From an uncultured Candidatus Bathyarchaeia archaeon (GTDB taxonomy: Archaea > Thermoproteota > Bathyarchaeia > RBG-16-48-13 > JAGMEO01): a stretch of 64,000 bases of DNA. The translations under genes were made by a program, and so were the position numbers. Positions 20,038 through 29,844 of the stretch are shown here, in pieces. The stretch spans positions 11,768 through 75,767 of the forward strand of contig CAZKBR010000001.1 in the NCBI GenBank assembly GCA_964551465.1, written 5' to 3'. Each line of letters begins with the position of its first letter. The first letter of the stretch is position 1. The notes under the pieces are model-generated. The model did not search any database. It saw nothing but the letters and a program-made list of their open reading frames with translations, and was not told the DNA's origin.

Positions 20038-21267
20038 TCACTCAGTTGGCTCAGCCACTCCTTTACAGAGCAGGAACATGGCTGCTGCTTGAGGTAGCTT
20101 CACCCTCTCCTTTTTGTACGGTCCGTAAACCATGTCTCTGACCTCAAATCTGTCAGCCCAGTTCACGTAGATGGCCATGCTGTCCCCCTTGAAAGCGATT
20201 GCCCCGCTGAAGGGGTCAAAGTCCTCTAGATCCTCGACTGGAATTTCTACCACCTTGAAGCCAGTTTTTCCATGAAGGGTCGTCGGCATGCGTATCAGTC
20301 GATGAATGTCTGTTGTGACTACCGTGTCTATGCTCGCGCCCTGCTCCTGTAGGGCGTATTTTGAGATTTTCTCCCAAGTCTTAATCCCCACTCCCCTGAT
20401 GTCTTGCCAAGACGCTCTCCCCCAGGCCTCCATGAAAGCGTCCCTATTGTTGATTATTTTTTCCAGAGCCCTCCTTTCAACTCCCTTGAACTTCTCCAAG
20501 TCCCTGGATGTAGCTGAAGCCAAGAAGTCGTAGATGCCCCTTGCTATCTTTCCCCGCCACCCTTTATCGTTTGGGTCTGGGCCTACTACCATGCCACTCT
20601 TTGTCTCATGTAATTCATGCAGCTCCGGCTTCAACCCTGTTCCAAGAATGTAATCAACGATCTCCTTCCTAGCGAGCTGGTCAAGTCTTCCAATTCCTTC
20701 GTTTTCTATGTGAACGTGGTACCCCCTGTGACCGGAGAAGAAAACTTTTATTTCACTTGAGGAGAAGCCAAAGTCGTCCGTCAAGAAGCCTATTAGCTTT
20801 CGCGTTTCCGTCTTTGTAATTTCCATGCATGTTTTGCACGGCCATATCTCCTCCCTAAAATGCTCTCCCTCACACTTGGAACATTTTGAAGGAGGATCCC
20901 CTCCGCCTATCTCGCCACATTTCTTGCATATCCAGTATGCATGTTTTACCCTACACGGCGTGTTTATGTGGTCCACATCGATGTCGAATATCAGGTCCGC
21001 GCCGAGCCATCCCTTTCTGCTCATATCCTCGTCAGGCCTCTCATAGTATGCTGCCGAGTAGTAGACATCTGAAGGAGCAGTTGACTCAATGAAGCTCCTG
21101 AGGTCTTTTTCAATATGGAATGTCTTGTGGCGAACCATCATGCGTTCTTTGAAGAGAAGGAATCCGAACTCCCTTCTCTCGATGGCTATTGGCGATTGAA
21201 CAGTGTTGTTGTGATAGTAGCTGGCGAATGCCTCCCTGATGAAGCTTTCTACAGATGATCTATCCAC
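20038..21267 (-). CDS. priS: DNA primase small (catalytic) subunit PriS
   Basis: 409 aa. Catalytic DIDVD motif. Zn knuckle CKKCGE...CSKCEG. Confidence 0.8.
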   Translation of the reverse strand: MDRSSVESFIREAFASYYHNNTVQSPIAIERREFGFLLFKERMMVRHKTFHIEKDLRSFIESTAPSDVYYSAAYYERPDEDMSRKGWLGADLIFDIDVDHINTPCRVKHAYWICKKCGEIGGGDPPSKCSKCEGEHFREEIWPCKTCMEITKTETRKLIGFLTDDFGFSSSEIKVFFSGHRGYHVHIENEGIGRLDQLARKEIVDYILGTGLKPELHELHETKSGMVVGPDPNDKGWRGKIARGIYDFLASATSRDLEKFKGVERRALEKIINNRDAFMEAWGRASWQDIRGVGIKTWEKISKYALQEQGASIDTVVTTDIHRLIRMPTTLHGKTGFKVVEIPVEDLEDFDPFSGAIAFKGDSMAIYVNWADRFEVRDMVYGPYKKERVKLPQAAAMFLLCKGVAEPTE

Positions 21268-22348
21268 TCTTCACCGCCACCGTTCCCGCTTTTGTTTGCC
21301 TGAGTTTTCTCCTGTAGTAAGCCAGTGGGTGTTTAACCATCTTGCACACGTCGTCCATACCCGGACATAGGCCATGTGTTTTCAGAGTTTCGCATTTTGG
21401 TGGGGTGTACTTTGTACCGGAACCTCTCTTTCCAGCTATGTGCTCAACTTGGTATTTGGTCAAGTTCTTGTCGAAGTCTGTTGCTGAGGTGAACAGCTTA
21501 ACAACGTCTTCGACGCTCAATCCGATGTTCAGTAGAAAAGATGTCAAGGTGAAGCGACCGATGTGGGAGATGCTTTGATTTGAGTGAAAGGACTCGTTTA
21601 GCGCCCTTATGCAAGGTGGGTAGGCTTCCTCTACCATCACCTGTGGCGTCTCCTCGGCTTGAATCGTCTCCTGCTGCGTTACGATCAACTGTGTGATGCT
21701 GCCCACTGCTTGGATTAACGTAGGCGGCAGTTCAGCCCGAATCTTCCCCACAAGTCTTTTTTGGACATGTTTCATCGCCTCCTCGGAGATGAGCCTCGCT
21801 AGCTCATCCTTCATTAGAAAGACGTATCCGTCGGCCATGAACCTGTTTACGAGTTTCCACTTGTAGTCGTGGAAGCTGGGTGCATTCTCTAGGTAGTTGA
21901 TGAAGCTGAGCGCAAAATCGTAGGTTTGACGCGTGGCTCCGACCGCTGTCTTAATGTCCCAGTTGAATGATGAGGAGGCTATCTCGACGAGTTTTTCGTC
22001 TTCCTTCTCGACTCTGAGCAGGTTGTAGGCCTTTTTTGCCTCCGCCAAGGCGTATCTTTTTCTGAGAAAGCTACTTTCGGTTGACAATACCATGACGATC
22101 GAGATGGGAAATGAAATGATTTCAACATCGTAGTTGGGTGCTTCATTCCACCCCACAACTCCGTAGAGGATCGCTTCCTCAACTCTTTCTCTAGCCCTGT
22201 TGATGATCCCATCATAGTCTCGGTTGGCGAGGTCTTCGATCCTCAGGTCTAGGTCCTTTACATATCTAGCTGCTTCGACTGTGAAGGGGTATTTTGCGAT
22301 GTCGGCCTTTGATAGCACCATTTCCTTCTCTGTCAATATACATTGCAA
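21260..22348 (-). CDS. priL: DNA primase large subunit PriL
   Basis: 362 aa. Four Cys in the C-terminal domain (CIRAL, PPKC, GLCPG, DVCK) consistent with the PriL 4Fe-4S domain. Confidence 0.7.
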   Translation of the reverse strand: MQCILTEKEMVLSKADIAKYPFTVEAARYVKDLDLRIEDLANRDYDGIINRARERVEEAILYGVVGWNEAPNYDVEIISFPISIVMVLSTESSFLRKRYALAEAKKAYNLLRVEKEDEKLVEIASSSFNWDIKTAVGATRQTYDFALSFINYLENAPSFHDYKWKLVNRFMADGYVFLMKDELARLISEEAMKHVQKRLVGKIRAELPPTLIQAVGSITQLIVTQQETIQAEETPQVMVEEAYPPCIRALNESFHSNQSISHIGRFTLTSFLLNIGLSVEDVVKLFTSATDFDKNLTKYQVEHIAGKRGSGTKYTPPKCETLKTHGLCPGMDDVCKMVKHPLAYYRRKLRQTKAGTVAVKSG

Positions 22349-22365
22349 ACCAAGATTTAAGGGAT

Positions 22366-23139
22366 CTATCCCTCGATTCTCGGAGCAAGATAGTACAGGA
22401 GCTTTCCTTTGTTCGGCAACTCGAAGTTTAGTCTGATAGGCATGTCGGTTGAGAACTCGACTGTGGCCACGCTGGACGATGGTGAGGCTGCCTTGACTAT
22501 GTCGCTTAAGTAGCTCAGGCTGAAGGTTGCTTTTGCCTCTTTGTTAACCTCGAATCCGAGGGCGCTCTCGCTTCCCTCCTCCAGCTCTATTGAAACGCTA
22601 CCGAGGCTGCCCTCAGCCCTCATGATCAGCTTTTCCTTCGTCATCTCCAGCTTGATGTTGTCGCTTACAGTGGAAGCGTCGTCTACGGCGTCTCTAAGGA
22701 ATGATGTCGTGACCCTGGCCTTTGCGTCGAAGGTCACGTTTGGGATAGGTACCTCCTCACTTATCGGTTCCAGAGTTGGCACACTGAGGCTTTTAAGGTA
22801 TCCGTTGCTCAGCCTCATGTTCAACCTGTTTTTGCCCTCGGCCAGCGTCAGTTCAAGTATGCTGCCCTTCTTGACGTTTCTGAGCAGCTTGAGCATCTCG
22901 CTTATGTTTACACAGATCTTCATGGCATCGTCGCAGACATACTCATCGAAGACGGTTTTTGGCCAGTTGAACTCGACCATCGCTACGTGCGATGGGTCCA
23001 TCTCTCTGAGTTTTACTTCTTCGGGAGTCATGTTGAAGCTTGCCTCGTCGACTATTGATGATATGGCCGCGATTGCGTCCTTCCAAGCGACCGCGTCTGA
23101 TATCTTGGCCCTAAACAAGATTGAAAGCCTCCTTAACAA
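22366..23139 (-). CDS. pcn: DNA polymerase sliding clamp PCNA
   Basis: 257 aa with two-domain PCNA pattern. Adjacent to primase genes. Confidence 0.85.
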   Translation of the reverse strand: MLRRLSILFRAKISDAVAWKDAIAAISSIVDEASFNMTPEEVKLREMDPSHVAMVEFNWPKTVFDEYVCDDAMKICVNISEMLKLLRNVKKGSILELTLAEGKNRLNMRLSNGYLKSLSVPTLEPISEEVPIPNVTFDAKARVTTSFLRDAVDDASTVSDNIKLEMTKEKLIMRAEGSLGSVSIELEEGSESALGFEVNKEAKATFSLSYLSDIVKAASPSSSVATVEFSTDMPIRLNFELPNKGKLLYYLAPRIEG

Positions 23140-23181
23140 ACGTCTCTACGGCTTGTCAAGCCGCTTTGTTCTTGATACTAT

Positions 23182-23376
23182 TTAAGTGGCTGGACTGATT
23201 AACCAGCCTGCCAGCACGACCGCTAGGATAAGGATTACTGCTAGGACAACGATGACTTCTGGGCGGATCTTTAGGCTAGAGGGTGTTTTCTCCTCGTAGA
23301 ATCTGAGTAGGCCTGCGGACGCTGCTGGCATTGGAGCTTCCTCGCCTCTCTTCTTCTTTGAACTCAAACTTGACAC
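23182..23376 (-). CDS. Preprotein translocase subunit Sec61beta (archaeal SecG)
   Basis: 64 aa. Basic N-terminus with a single C-terminal TM helix, VIVVLAVILILAVVLAGWLI. Confidence 0.55.
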   Translation of the reverse strand: MSSLSSKKKRGEEAPMPAASAGLLRFYEEKTPSSLKIRPEVIVVLAVILILAVVLAGWLISPAT

Positions 23377-23566
23377 CTCTAAGGAGATTGTTTTGTGGTC
23401 GGAGATTAATGTTTCGTATACTGCAGGATAAGTTCATATGACTGACCTTTGTTTTAAGAGTGCCGATGACCCTTGCTCTACGATGTTGATGGAATATGTT
23501 TCGCTTGGACGCCTAAAATATTTTTTATTTTTTAAGTCTTCGGAAAATGATTCTTTTTGTGAAAGG

Positions 23567-23667
23567 GGAGTGGAATGCAAAGATCTCACTGGATTCTACT
23601 GGAATCCACTGGAACCTACTGGAATTTACTGGAATCTGCTGGAATTTAAAGGAAATGGGAGGAGATT
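23567..23667. repeat. Array of about 8 tandem 10-bp repeats (consensus ACTGGAAYYY) with exact helical phasing
   Basis: Six strong units start at 23588, 23598, 23608, 23618, 23628 and 23638, with degenerate flanking units at 23567 and 23648. Every unit is spaced exactly 10 bp apart. The array ends 6 bp before the ATG of the AbrB-like ORF. Confidence 0.7.
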
Positions 23668-23672
23668 TTGGG

Positions 23673-23939
23673 ATGGTTGAGTTCCATACGAGGCTGGCGA
23701 CGCGAGGGCGCGTCCACATCCCAAAGGTTATTGTTGAGCGGTGGATGCTCTGGAGAGACACGCTAATTCACGTTCGAGTCTTGCTCTGTGGCCAGCTTCG
23801 GTCGGTCGAGTTTGATACTAGGATTCGATCTGGCTTCTGCTTCGTGATCCCAGAAAACGAGCTAAAGATACTCCAGGCTGAGCGTGGTGCCATGCTGAAG
23901 GTCGATGTCTCAAAGGTTGACGTTCAAGAAGCGAAGTAG
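23673..23939 (+). CDS. AbrB/SpoVT (swapped-hairpin) family small DNA-binding protein
   Basis: Core MVEFHTRLATRGRVHIPKVIVERW resembles the AbrB/MazE RVTIPKEIRE motif. GGAGG lies about 10 nt upstream of the ATG at 23673. The tracked ORF start at 23547 would translate the repeat array and is probably not real. Confidence 0.45.
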   Translation: MVEFHTRLATRGRVHIPKVIVERWMLWRDTLIHVRVLLCGQLRSVEFDTRIRSGFCFVIPENELKILQAERGAMLKVDVSKVDVQEAK

Positions 23940-24270
23940 CGCCTGAGCGCCTTCTTGGCAAGGTCACGGCTTCTCCTGACGGAGGAGTCTTCTGAGGAAG
24001 CTTCAATTAAGAACAGGAGGCAAGAGATAAATCGCTTGACCGTGGTTGAACGATATCTTGAATATGTCTGCACATATGAAGGACTCATGTTGTTTCGGAA
24101 GCTAAATGAAGATCCTCGAAAGGTGCCCAGGAACCTGTAAAACCGCATTTACATAGACTCGTGGAGATATCTCCCGCAACATCCCCACTTTTCTATTTTT
24201 GGTTTCTATTTCGATTGGCGAGCCGTGGCTAAATCACTGATATATGATGGCTTGGAGGACACCGGCCCTT

Positions 24271-24348
24271 AAGGGTTAGTTTATACCAACCCCCATTTTT
24301 GTTATGTCGGACGCTATCTATCCAAACAAATTCGATCGACTAACCCTT
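24271..24348. other. Perfect 10-bp inverted repeat (AAGGGTTAGT / ACTAACCCTT) around a 58-nt loop, candidate structured RNA or regulatory hairpin
   Basis: Read directly in the intergenic region upstream of aIF1A. No ORF spans it. Confidence 0.3.
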
Positions 24349-24416
24349 TTCGCGTGTGGGTTTAAAAACAGGGAAGACGTTCTTATGGAAGAGGATCGGA
24401 CCAGCGAGGGAAAGAA

Positions 24417-24725
24417 GTGGGAAAGAAGAGGGTTATCACAGAGAAAGATATAAAGGAACTGGTGCTACCGGGACAAGGAGAGGTCTTGGGAATCGTAGTC
24501 AAGTTACTAGGATACGACAGACTACGCGTAAAGTGTACAGATGGATACACAAGGATGTGCCGGATCAAAGGCAAGATGAAGAGAAGAGTCTGGATAAAAG
24601 AGGGAGATACGGTCCTCATAGCACCCTGGGACTTCCAACAAGATGAGAAGGGGGACGTGATGTGGAGATACACGCATGCTCAGACAGAGTGGCTTCGAAA
24701 CCATGGATACATCAAGACAGAGTAG
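24417..24725 (+). CDS. eif1a: Translation initiation factor 1A
   Basis: 102 aa OB-fold. GQGEVLGIVVKLLG...VKCTDG signature. Confidence 0.85.
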   Translation: MGKKRVITEKDIKELVLPGQGEVLGIVVKLLGYDRLRVKCTDGYTRMCRIKGKMKRRVWIKEGDTVLIAPWDFQQDEKGDVMWRYTHAQTEWLRNHGYIKTE

Positions 24726-24740
24726 AGGCTAGAAGTACCT

Positions 24741-25526
24741 ATGAGCAAGAGCGTCGAGGAGAAACTGGTAAGGAAGGAGAGACTGTACGAAAAAGAACAA
24801 CTGATGAAGAGGAAGAGGTCAGAGGAGTACGAGGCCTTGGAAGAGGTCTTCGACCGCCCGACCCTGATGACCCTCTACGTCCTCCTAAACCAAGGAACAA
24901 TCAAGAGAATAGGGGGCGTCGTCAAGTCTGGAAAAGAGGCCAGAATATACCACGGCATAGACCCTGAAGGAAGGGACCTCGCCGTAAAAATTTACCTAAC
25001 TGTCTCGGCCGGATTCAGGAAAGGAAGACTAAAATATATTCAAGGAGACCCGAGGTTCAAGAGCGTCAAACAGGACACGCGCTCCTTCGTCTACGCTTGG
25101 ACGCAAAAGGAGTACAAAAACCTCCAGAGGGCAAACGAATCAGGTATACGTGTGCCGAAACCGATCGAGGTCAAAAAGAACATTCTAGTTATGGAGTTCA
25201 TAGGCGATGGAAACGTATCGGCCCCACTTCTCAGAGAAGCCTCCCCAAAGGATCCAGAGGACATGTATCTTCGCCTACTCAAATGCGTTAAGGACCTCTA
25301 CAGAAAGGCAGGTCTCGTCCACGGAGACCTCAGCGAATACAACGTTATGAACTGGAAGGAAAGACCAGTCATCTTTGATATGGCACAAGCGGTGCTCCTT
25401 GAACACCCAATGGCAGAGCAATTCCTACGTAGGGATATAACCAATCTAGACCACTTCTTCAGGAAGCTTGGCGTAAAGGTTAACAACGCCGAAGAAACAT
25501 ACAAGTGGGTAACTCAAGATGACTGA
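24741..25526 (+). CDS. rio1: RIO-type serine/threonine protein kinase Rio1
   Basis: 261 aa. Catalytic loop LVHGDLSEYNVM. Conserved eif1a-rio1-KH operon. Confidence 0.85.
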   Translation: MSKSVEEKLVRKERLYEKEQLMKRKRSEEYEALEEVFDRPTLMTLYVLLNQGTIKRIGGVVKSGKEARIYHGIDPEGRDLAVKIYLTVSAGFRKGRLKYIQGDPRFKSVKQDTRSFVYAWTQKEYKNLQRANESGIRVPKPIEVKKNILVMEFIGDGNVSAPLLREASPKDPEDMYLRLLKCVKDLYRKAGLVHGDLSEYNVMNWKERPVIFDMAQAVLLEHPMAEQFLRRDITNLDHFFRKLGVKVNNAEETYKWVTQDD

Positions 25527-26100
25527 GGGCACGCAACACATATTGATACCAAAGGAGCGAGTCGGCGCCCTCATAGGCAAAAAGGGGATCGTGAAGAGAA
25601 AGGTTGAGGAAGCGCTCAATGTTGAAATGAACATCGACAGTGGAACAGGAAGCGTAGGGATCAAACTGAGACCAGACGCACCAGACTCAACATCGATACT
25701 TAATGCCAGAGGTGTTGTAAACGCCATCGGTAAGGGTTTTTCTCCGGAAGCCGCTTTCAGACTCCTAGATGATGGCGTGATTTTGAGGGTAATGGATCTA
25801 AGAGATTACTTTGGAAAGTCGGTCTCAGACACCCAGAGGATTAAGGGCAGGATTATTGGAAAAAAAGGAAGGACAAGGACGCTGATCGAGAACCTAACTG
25901 GAGTAGATCTCTCTGTCTACGGACACACTATTTCCATTATCGGGAACCCTCTGCAGTTAGAAGTCGCCGTGGGAGCCGTGAAAATGCTGATTGAAGGCAG
26001 ATTACATAAGACCGTTTACGGCTACCTCTACCGCAAAAGGAGGGAGCTGAAAGAGGAGGAGCTGAAGATTTGGGAGACTCCTTCATCAAAGCTTTATTGA
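25519..26100 (+). CDS. KH-domain RNA-binding protein (archaeal Dim2/Pno1 homolog)
   Basis: 193 aa with two KH motifs (IGKKGIV, IGKKGRT). Overlaps the rio1 stop. Confidence 0.7.
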   Translation: MTEGTQHILIPKERVGALIGKKGIVKRKVEEALNVEMNIDSGTGSVGIKLRPDAPDSTSILNARGVVNAIGKGFSPEAAFRLLDDGVILRVMDLRDYFGKSVSDTQRIKGRIIGKKGRTRTLIENLTGVDLSVYGHTISIIGNPLQLEVAVGAVKMLIEGRLHKTVYGYLYRKRRELKEEELKIWETPSSKLY

Positions 26101-26172
26101 GAAATGAGGCCACCCAGAATTAGGTTTTAAATGTTTCTACATGAACTTCATTATGAGCTGTAGGGAGGTACG

Positions 26173-27702
26173 ATGTCGGAGGTTTTTGAGGAAATCAGTC
26201 CAGCTGATTTCTTTTACAGGAACCGAGATTTAGCTGGCTTCAGTAACCCAACCCGCGCCGTCTACGCCATAGTTAGGGAGCTTGTAGAAAACTCGCTGGA
26301 CGCATGCGAGCTGGTCAGAATCCCACCAGACATCTATGTTCGTCTATCTAGGGAAAAACCCCTAGGCGAGGGCGAAGAGGTCTACAGCATAAGAGTGACC
26401 GATAATGGAAGCGGCGTCCCACTCGAATACATTCCATCAGCCTTTGGCCAAATTCTGTTTGGATCAAAGTACACGCTGAGACAGGTTCGGGGAACATTTG
26501 GCCTAGGCGGGAAGATGGCCATTCTCTACGGACAGATAACAACTCACAGCTCAGCTCACATAATGTCAAGCACGGGAACCGAAAAAATAAATGAATTTGT
26601 CATATCCATCGACATCCAGCGGAATAGACCGATCATCTTGAAAAGAAAGGTTCACTCCAACAAGAGAAAGTGGCACGGAACAGTCATCGAATTCGCCTTT
26701 GACGGAAACTACACCAGGGCGATGAGCAACATTCTCGAGTACTTAATGCAGACTGCCATTGCCTGCCCGTACGCAAACATCGTTTTCGTCGACCCAAGAG
26801 GCAGACTTTACAGATTCGACAGAACAACAAGGAAGATGCCCGTCCCACCCAAGGAAACACTTCCGCATCCATACGGCGTCGACGTTGAAACGATTCAGAG
26901 AATAGTCAACGCAACAGATTGCTCAGATATGTTTTGTTTCTTGACGAGGCACTTCCATCGCGTTGGCAAGAACACTGCTGAAAACTTTTGTAGATATGCT
27001 GGACTTAAGACAGGAAGAGATCCTAAGTCTCTAACACCGGACGAAATAGTCGGGTTGGTGAGGGCTATGAAGAGTTTTAAGGGCTTCTTGCCTCCGTCAG
27101 CCTCTTGCCTCTCGCCCATAGGCGTCGAGTTGCTTGAGCTTGGCGTTAGAAAGGAGTTGAACCCCGAGTTCGTTGCTGTTGAGCAGCGCACTCCATCAGC
27201 TTACTCCGGATTTCCATTCATTATCGAGATCGGCATAGCATATGGTGGTGGGGTGCCAGATAAGCCTGGAGTCTCCCTGTATAGATTTGCAAACAGGATA
27301 CCCCTACTGTTTGATGAGTCAAGTGACGTTGCTTGGAAAGTTGTCAATAACATGATTAACTGGAGGTACTATAATGTCACACCGGACATGCCCATTGCTC
27401 TGATCGTGCACATCTGCTCGACGAGAATCCCCTATAAGACCGTTGGAAAGGAGTTTATTGCTGACCGCCCTGAGGTTGAGGCTGAGTTGCTGAGCGGGGC
27501 GAGAGAGGTTGCTAGGCGGCTTTCACGCTTCCTCTCTAGAAAGATCAGTTTTGAGCACGAGAAGAGGAGGATCGCCATCTTCGCCAAGTTTCTGCCTAAG
27601 ATTGCCAGATTCTCAACAGAGTTAGCTGGCGAGGAGAAGATACCTGACATTAATCGCCTTTTGGAGGGTTTATCAAAGTATGATGAAAAAGAGGAGAGTT
27701 AG
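26173..27702 (+). CDS. top6B: DNA topoisomerase VI subunit B
   Basis: 509 aa. GHKL ATPase motifs ELVENSLDA and DNGSGVP. Confidence 0.85.
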   Translation: MSEVFEEISPADFFYRNRDLAGFSNPTRAVYAIVRELVENSLDACELVRIPPDIYVRLSREKPLGEGEEVYSIRVTDNGSGVPLEYIPSAFGQILFGSKYTLRQVRGTFGLGGKMAILYGQITTHSSAHIMSSTGTEKINEFVISIDIQRNRPIILKRKVHSNKRKWHGTVIEFAFDGNYTRAMSNILEYLMQTAIACPYANIVFVDPRGRLYRFDRTTRKMPVPPKETLPHPYGVDVETIQRIVNATDCSDMFCFLTRHFHRVGKNTAENFCRYAGLKTGRDPKSLTPDEIVGLVRAMKSFKGFLPPSASCLSPIGVELLELGVRKELNPEFVAVEQRTPSAYSGFPFIIEIGIAYGGGVPDKPGVSLYRFANRIPLLFDESSDVAWKVVNNMINWRYYNVTPDMPIALIVHICSTRIPYKTVGKEFIADRPEVEAELLSGAREVARRLSRFLSRKISFEHEKRRIAIFAKFLPKIARFSTELAGEEKIPDINRLLEGLSKYDEKEES

Positions 27703-28780
27703 CGCAGTTTCAGCTGAGGAGAGAAGGGTTTCCACCATGAAGTCCTTGGAGGCTTTTGGGGAGAACCTCTACGACCAGATGATTGACGGAACGTTTCCTT
27801 GGGTGAGGATACCGAGCCGTTCGACGGCGAACATTCATTACGATGAGAAGAATCGTCAGTACATCTTAGGAGAGAAGAGCGTCAGGAGGAGCTCTAGGAA
27901 TATACGCCACATTAGACCCCTCACTAGGCTTGTTTGGACAGCTCGTTTTGCCCACGGCCTCTGTGATGTTAAGAAGACCTCCACCCTAAGGGACGTGTTC
28001 TACTCAGCCCAGGCATATGATGTCAACTTCAAAGATCAAGCTGAGTCTGACAACATAATTACAGACTTAGAGTCTGTCTTAAAATATGCCCGAGAAGACT
28101 TCAATGTCTTTCCCGAAGAGAGAAGTGCTGTTTTTGGTGACTTGACCGTTGAGTACACTGTTCCCGGATATGAAGGCAAGAGGCTTAACTTGACAACCCA
28201 CCCTGACGGCATCATGATCGGACCTGCCCTTACTAGTGCAGATCTCATTGAAACCTCAGCTCAGAGGATCATCGTGATTGAGAAGGGAGCAATGTTCACT
28301 AGGCTCGTCGAGGAAGGAGCCTTTAAGGAGTTCAATGCCATCCTTGTTCACACCGCGGGTCAGCCTCCTAGGGCCACGAGGTGTTTTGTGAAGAGGTTGA
28401 ACGAGGAACTTGACCTTCCAGTTTTTATCTTCTGTGATGCCGACCCTTGGGGCATGGCGATAGCAGTTACCATAATCTGTGGCAGTGCAAACGCAGCCCA
28501 TATCAGGGGGCTCACAGCGCCAGAAGCCGTTTGGATGGGTGTTTACAGTACAGACATTGAGAAGTACGGTTTGCCTAGTGAGGGACTAAGCGAAGTGGAC
28601 ATCAAAAGGTTACGAGACATGCTGAAGGATCCTAGATACCAGGATGAACCATGGACTGATCAAATCAATGAGTTTCTAAAGCGTAGGAGAAAGTGTGAGT
28701 TAGAGGCCTTCTCCAGATACGGCTTGGACTACGTGGTGAAGAAGTATCTGCCAGACAAGTTTGGTGAGTTTAGTGTCTAA
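27680..28780 (+). CDS. top6A: DNA topoisomerase VI subunit A (Spo11-like)
   Basis: 366 aa. Follows top6B with a 23-nt overlap. Toprim region CDADPWGMAIA. Confidence 0.85.
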   Translation: MMKKRRVSAVSAEERRVSTMKSLEAFGENLYDQMIDGTFPWVRIPSRSTANIHYDEKNRQYILGEKSVRRSSRNIRHIRPLTRLVWTARFAHGLCDVKKTSTLRDVFYSAQAYDVNFKDQAESDNIITDLESVLKYAREDFNVFPEERSAVFGDLTVEYTVPGYEGKRLNLTTHPDGIMIGPALTSADLIETSAQRIIVIEKGAMFTRLVEEGAFKEFNAILVHTAGQPPRATRCFVKRLNEELDLPVFIFCDADPWGMAIAVTIICGSANAAHIRGLTAPEAVWMGVYSTDIEKYGLPSEGLSEVDIKRLRDMLKDPRYQDEPWTDQINEFLKRRRKCELEAFSRYGLDYVVKKYLPDKFGEFSV

Positions 28781-28926
28781 GAGAATGCCAGTGCAAGGGT
28801 GGTTTGGTTTCGCATTTTGAGCCTAATCATCTACAAGTCAGTCGAAATCCTTAACGATCACATTTTCGCGCGCGCCTCGGGCCACTATGTGCTATTTATT
28901 CAGGTCTCAGTGGTCCATAGATCCAG

Positions 28927-29817
28927 TTATTCTTCGCCCCTTCTATAGGGTTTTCCAAGTGCTGAAGGAGCTCCCATGCGTCTTCTGAAGGTTTCTCTCG
29001 TACCAATCACCAATATCAGTATCGTGAGGATGAATGGTAAAGTTCCGAGTAGACTGGGGGAGACGCCAAGGGGCTGGAGACGATATTGCAAGATTTCAAT
29101 TCCACCAAAGAGCCATGAGCCGAACAGTGCGCCACGGGGATCCCATGAAGCGAAGATCGTCAATGCCAGAACGATCCAGCCGCGCCCTACGGTCATGTTC
29201 TGCGTCCATGAGGGGATATATGAGACCGAAAGATAGGCGCCTGACAGCCCCGCAAGTATGCCGCCGAACAGAGTACAGGCATAACGAACGAGTTGGACAT
29301 CTATGCCGAGGAGATCAGCTGCGGCTGGATTTTCTCCAACCGACCTGATGTTGATCCCGGCCTTGGTCTTGAATAGCACAAACCATAGTATTGGGACTAG
29401 AAGGATGAAGAGGAACACGAGTGGATCAAAGTCGAATAATATTGGCGTTAGCGAGTAGCCCGATATACCAACATATCCTTGGCCTATTAGACTGCTTAAA
29501 CCCAAGCCGACCATCGCCAGTGCGAGGCCTGATATGTATTGGTTCACTCTCATTGTGATGCTCATGAAAGCATGTATAAAGGCCATTAATGCACCAACTA
29601 CAGCAGCCGCGATGACGCCTAACCAGACATTATGTGTCATCTGGGCAACAACGAACGCGGTGACAGCCCCCATGATCATCATTCCTTCCACACCTAGATT
29701 TAGCACTCCAGATCTCTCAGTATAAATTTCGCCAAGAGTTCCTGCCAACAAGGGTGAACCGGCTCTGATAGTGGCTTCAAATGTGTTCACGAGGAATGCC
29801 ATGAGTTCCTGAGACAT
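28927..29817 (-). CDS. ABC transporter permease (BMP/nucleoside-type)
   Basis: 296 aa polytopic membrane protein within an ABC operon. Confidence 0.8.
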   Translation of the reverse strand: MSQELMAFLVNTFEATIRAGSPLLAGTLGEIYTERSGVLNLGVEGMMIMGAVTAFVVAQMTHNVWLGVIAAAVVGALMAFIHAFMSITMRVNQYISGLALAMVGLGLSSLIGQGYVGISGYSLTPILFDFDPLVFLFILLVPILWFVLFKTKAGINIRSVGENPAAADLLGIDVQLVRYACTLFGGILAGLSGAYLSVSYIPSWTQNMTVGRGWIVLALTIFASWDPRGALFGSWLFGGIEILQYRLQPLGVSPSLLGTLPFILTILILVIGTRETFRRRMGAPSALGKPYRRGEE

Positions 29818-29844
29818 TTTACCTCGTCTCCTGATTCATATCGA

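Noticed and set aside
23588-23647. Possible CRISPR array
   Set aside because: Units are 10 bp with no spacers. This is far below CRISPR repeat size, and no cas genes are present.
23547-23672. Upstream extension of the AbrB-like ORF that would translate the 10-bp repeat array into a repetitive peptide (TGIHWNLLEFTGICWNL)
   Set aside because: The peptide repeats only because the DNA repeats. An RBS-like GGAGG precedes the internal ATG at 23673, and the conserved domain starts there.
23955-24140. 61-aa ORF downstream of the AbrB-like gene
   Set aside because: No motif, Arg/Glu-biased sequence, and it overlaps antisense ORFs. Probably non-coding.
28800-28926. GC-rich palindromic stretch (cgcgcgcc) after top6A
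   Set aside because: It is short and consistent with a terminator or spacer between convergent genes. Nothing else is notable.
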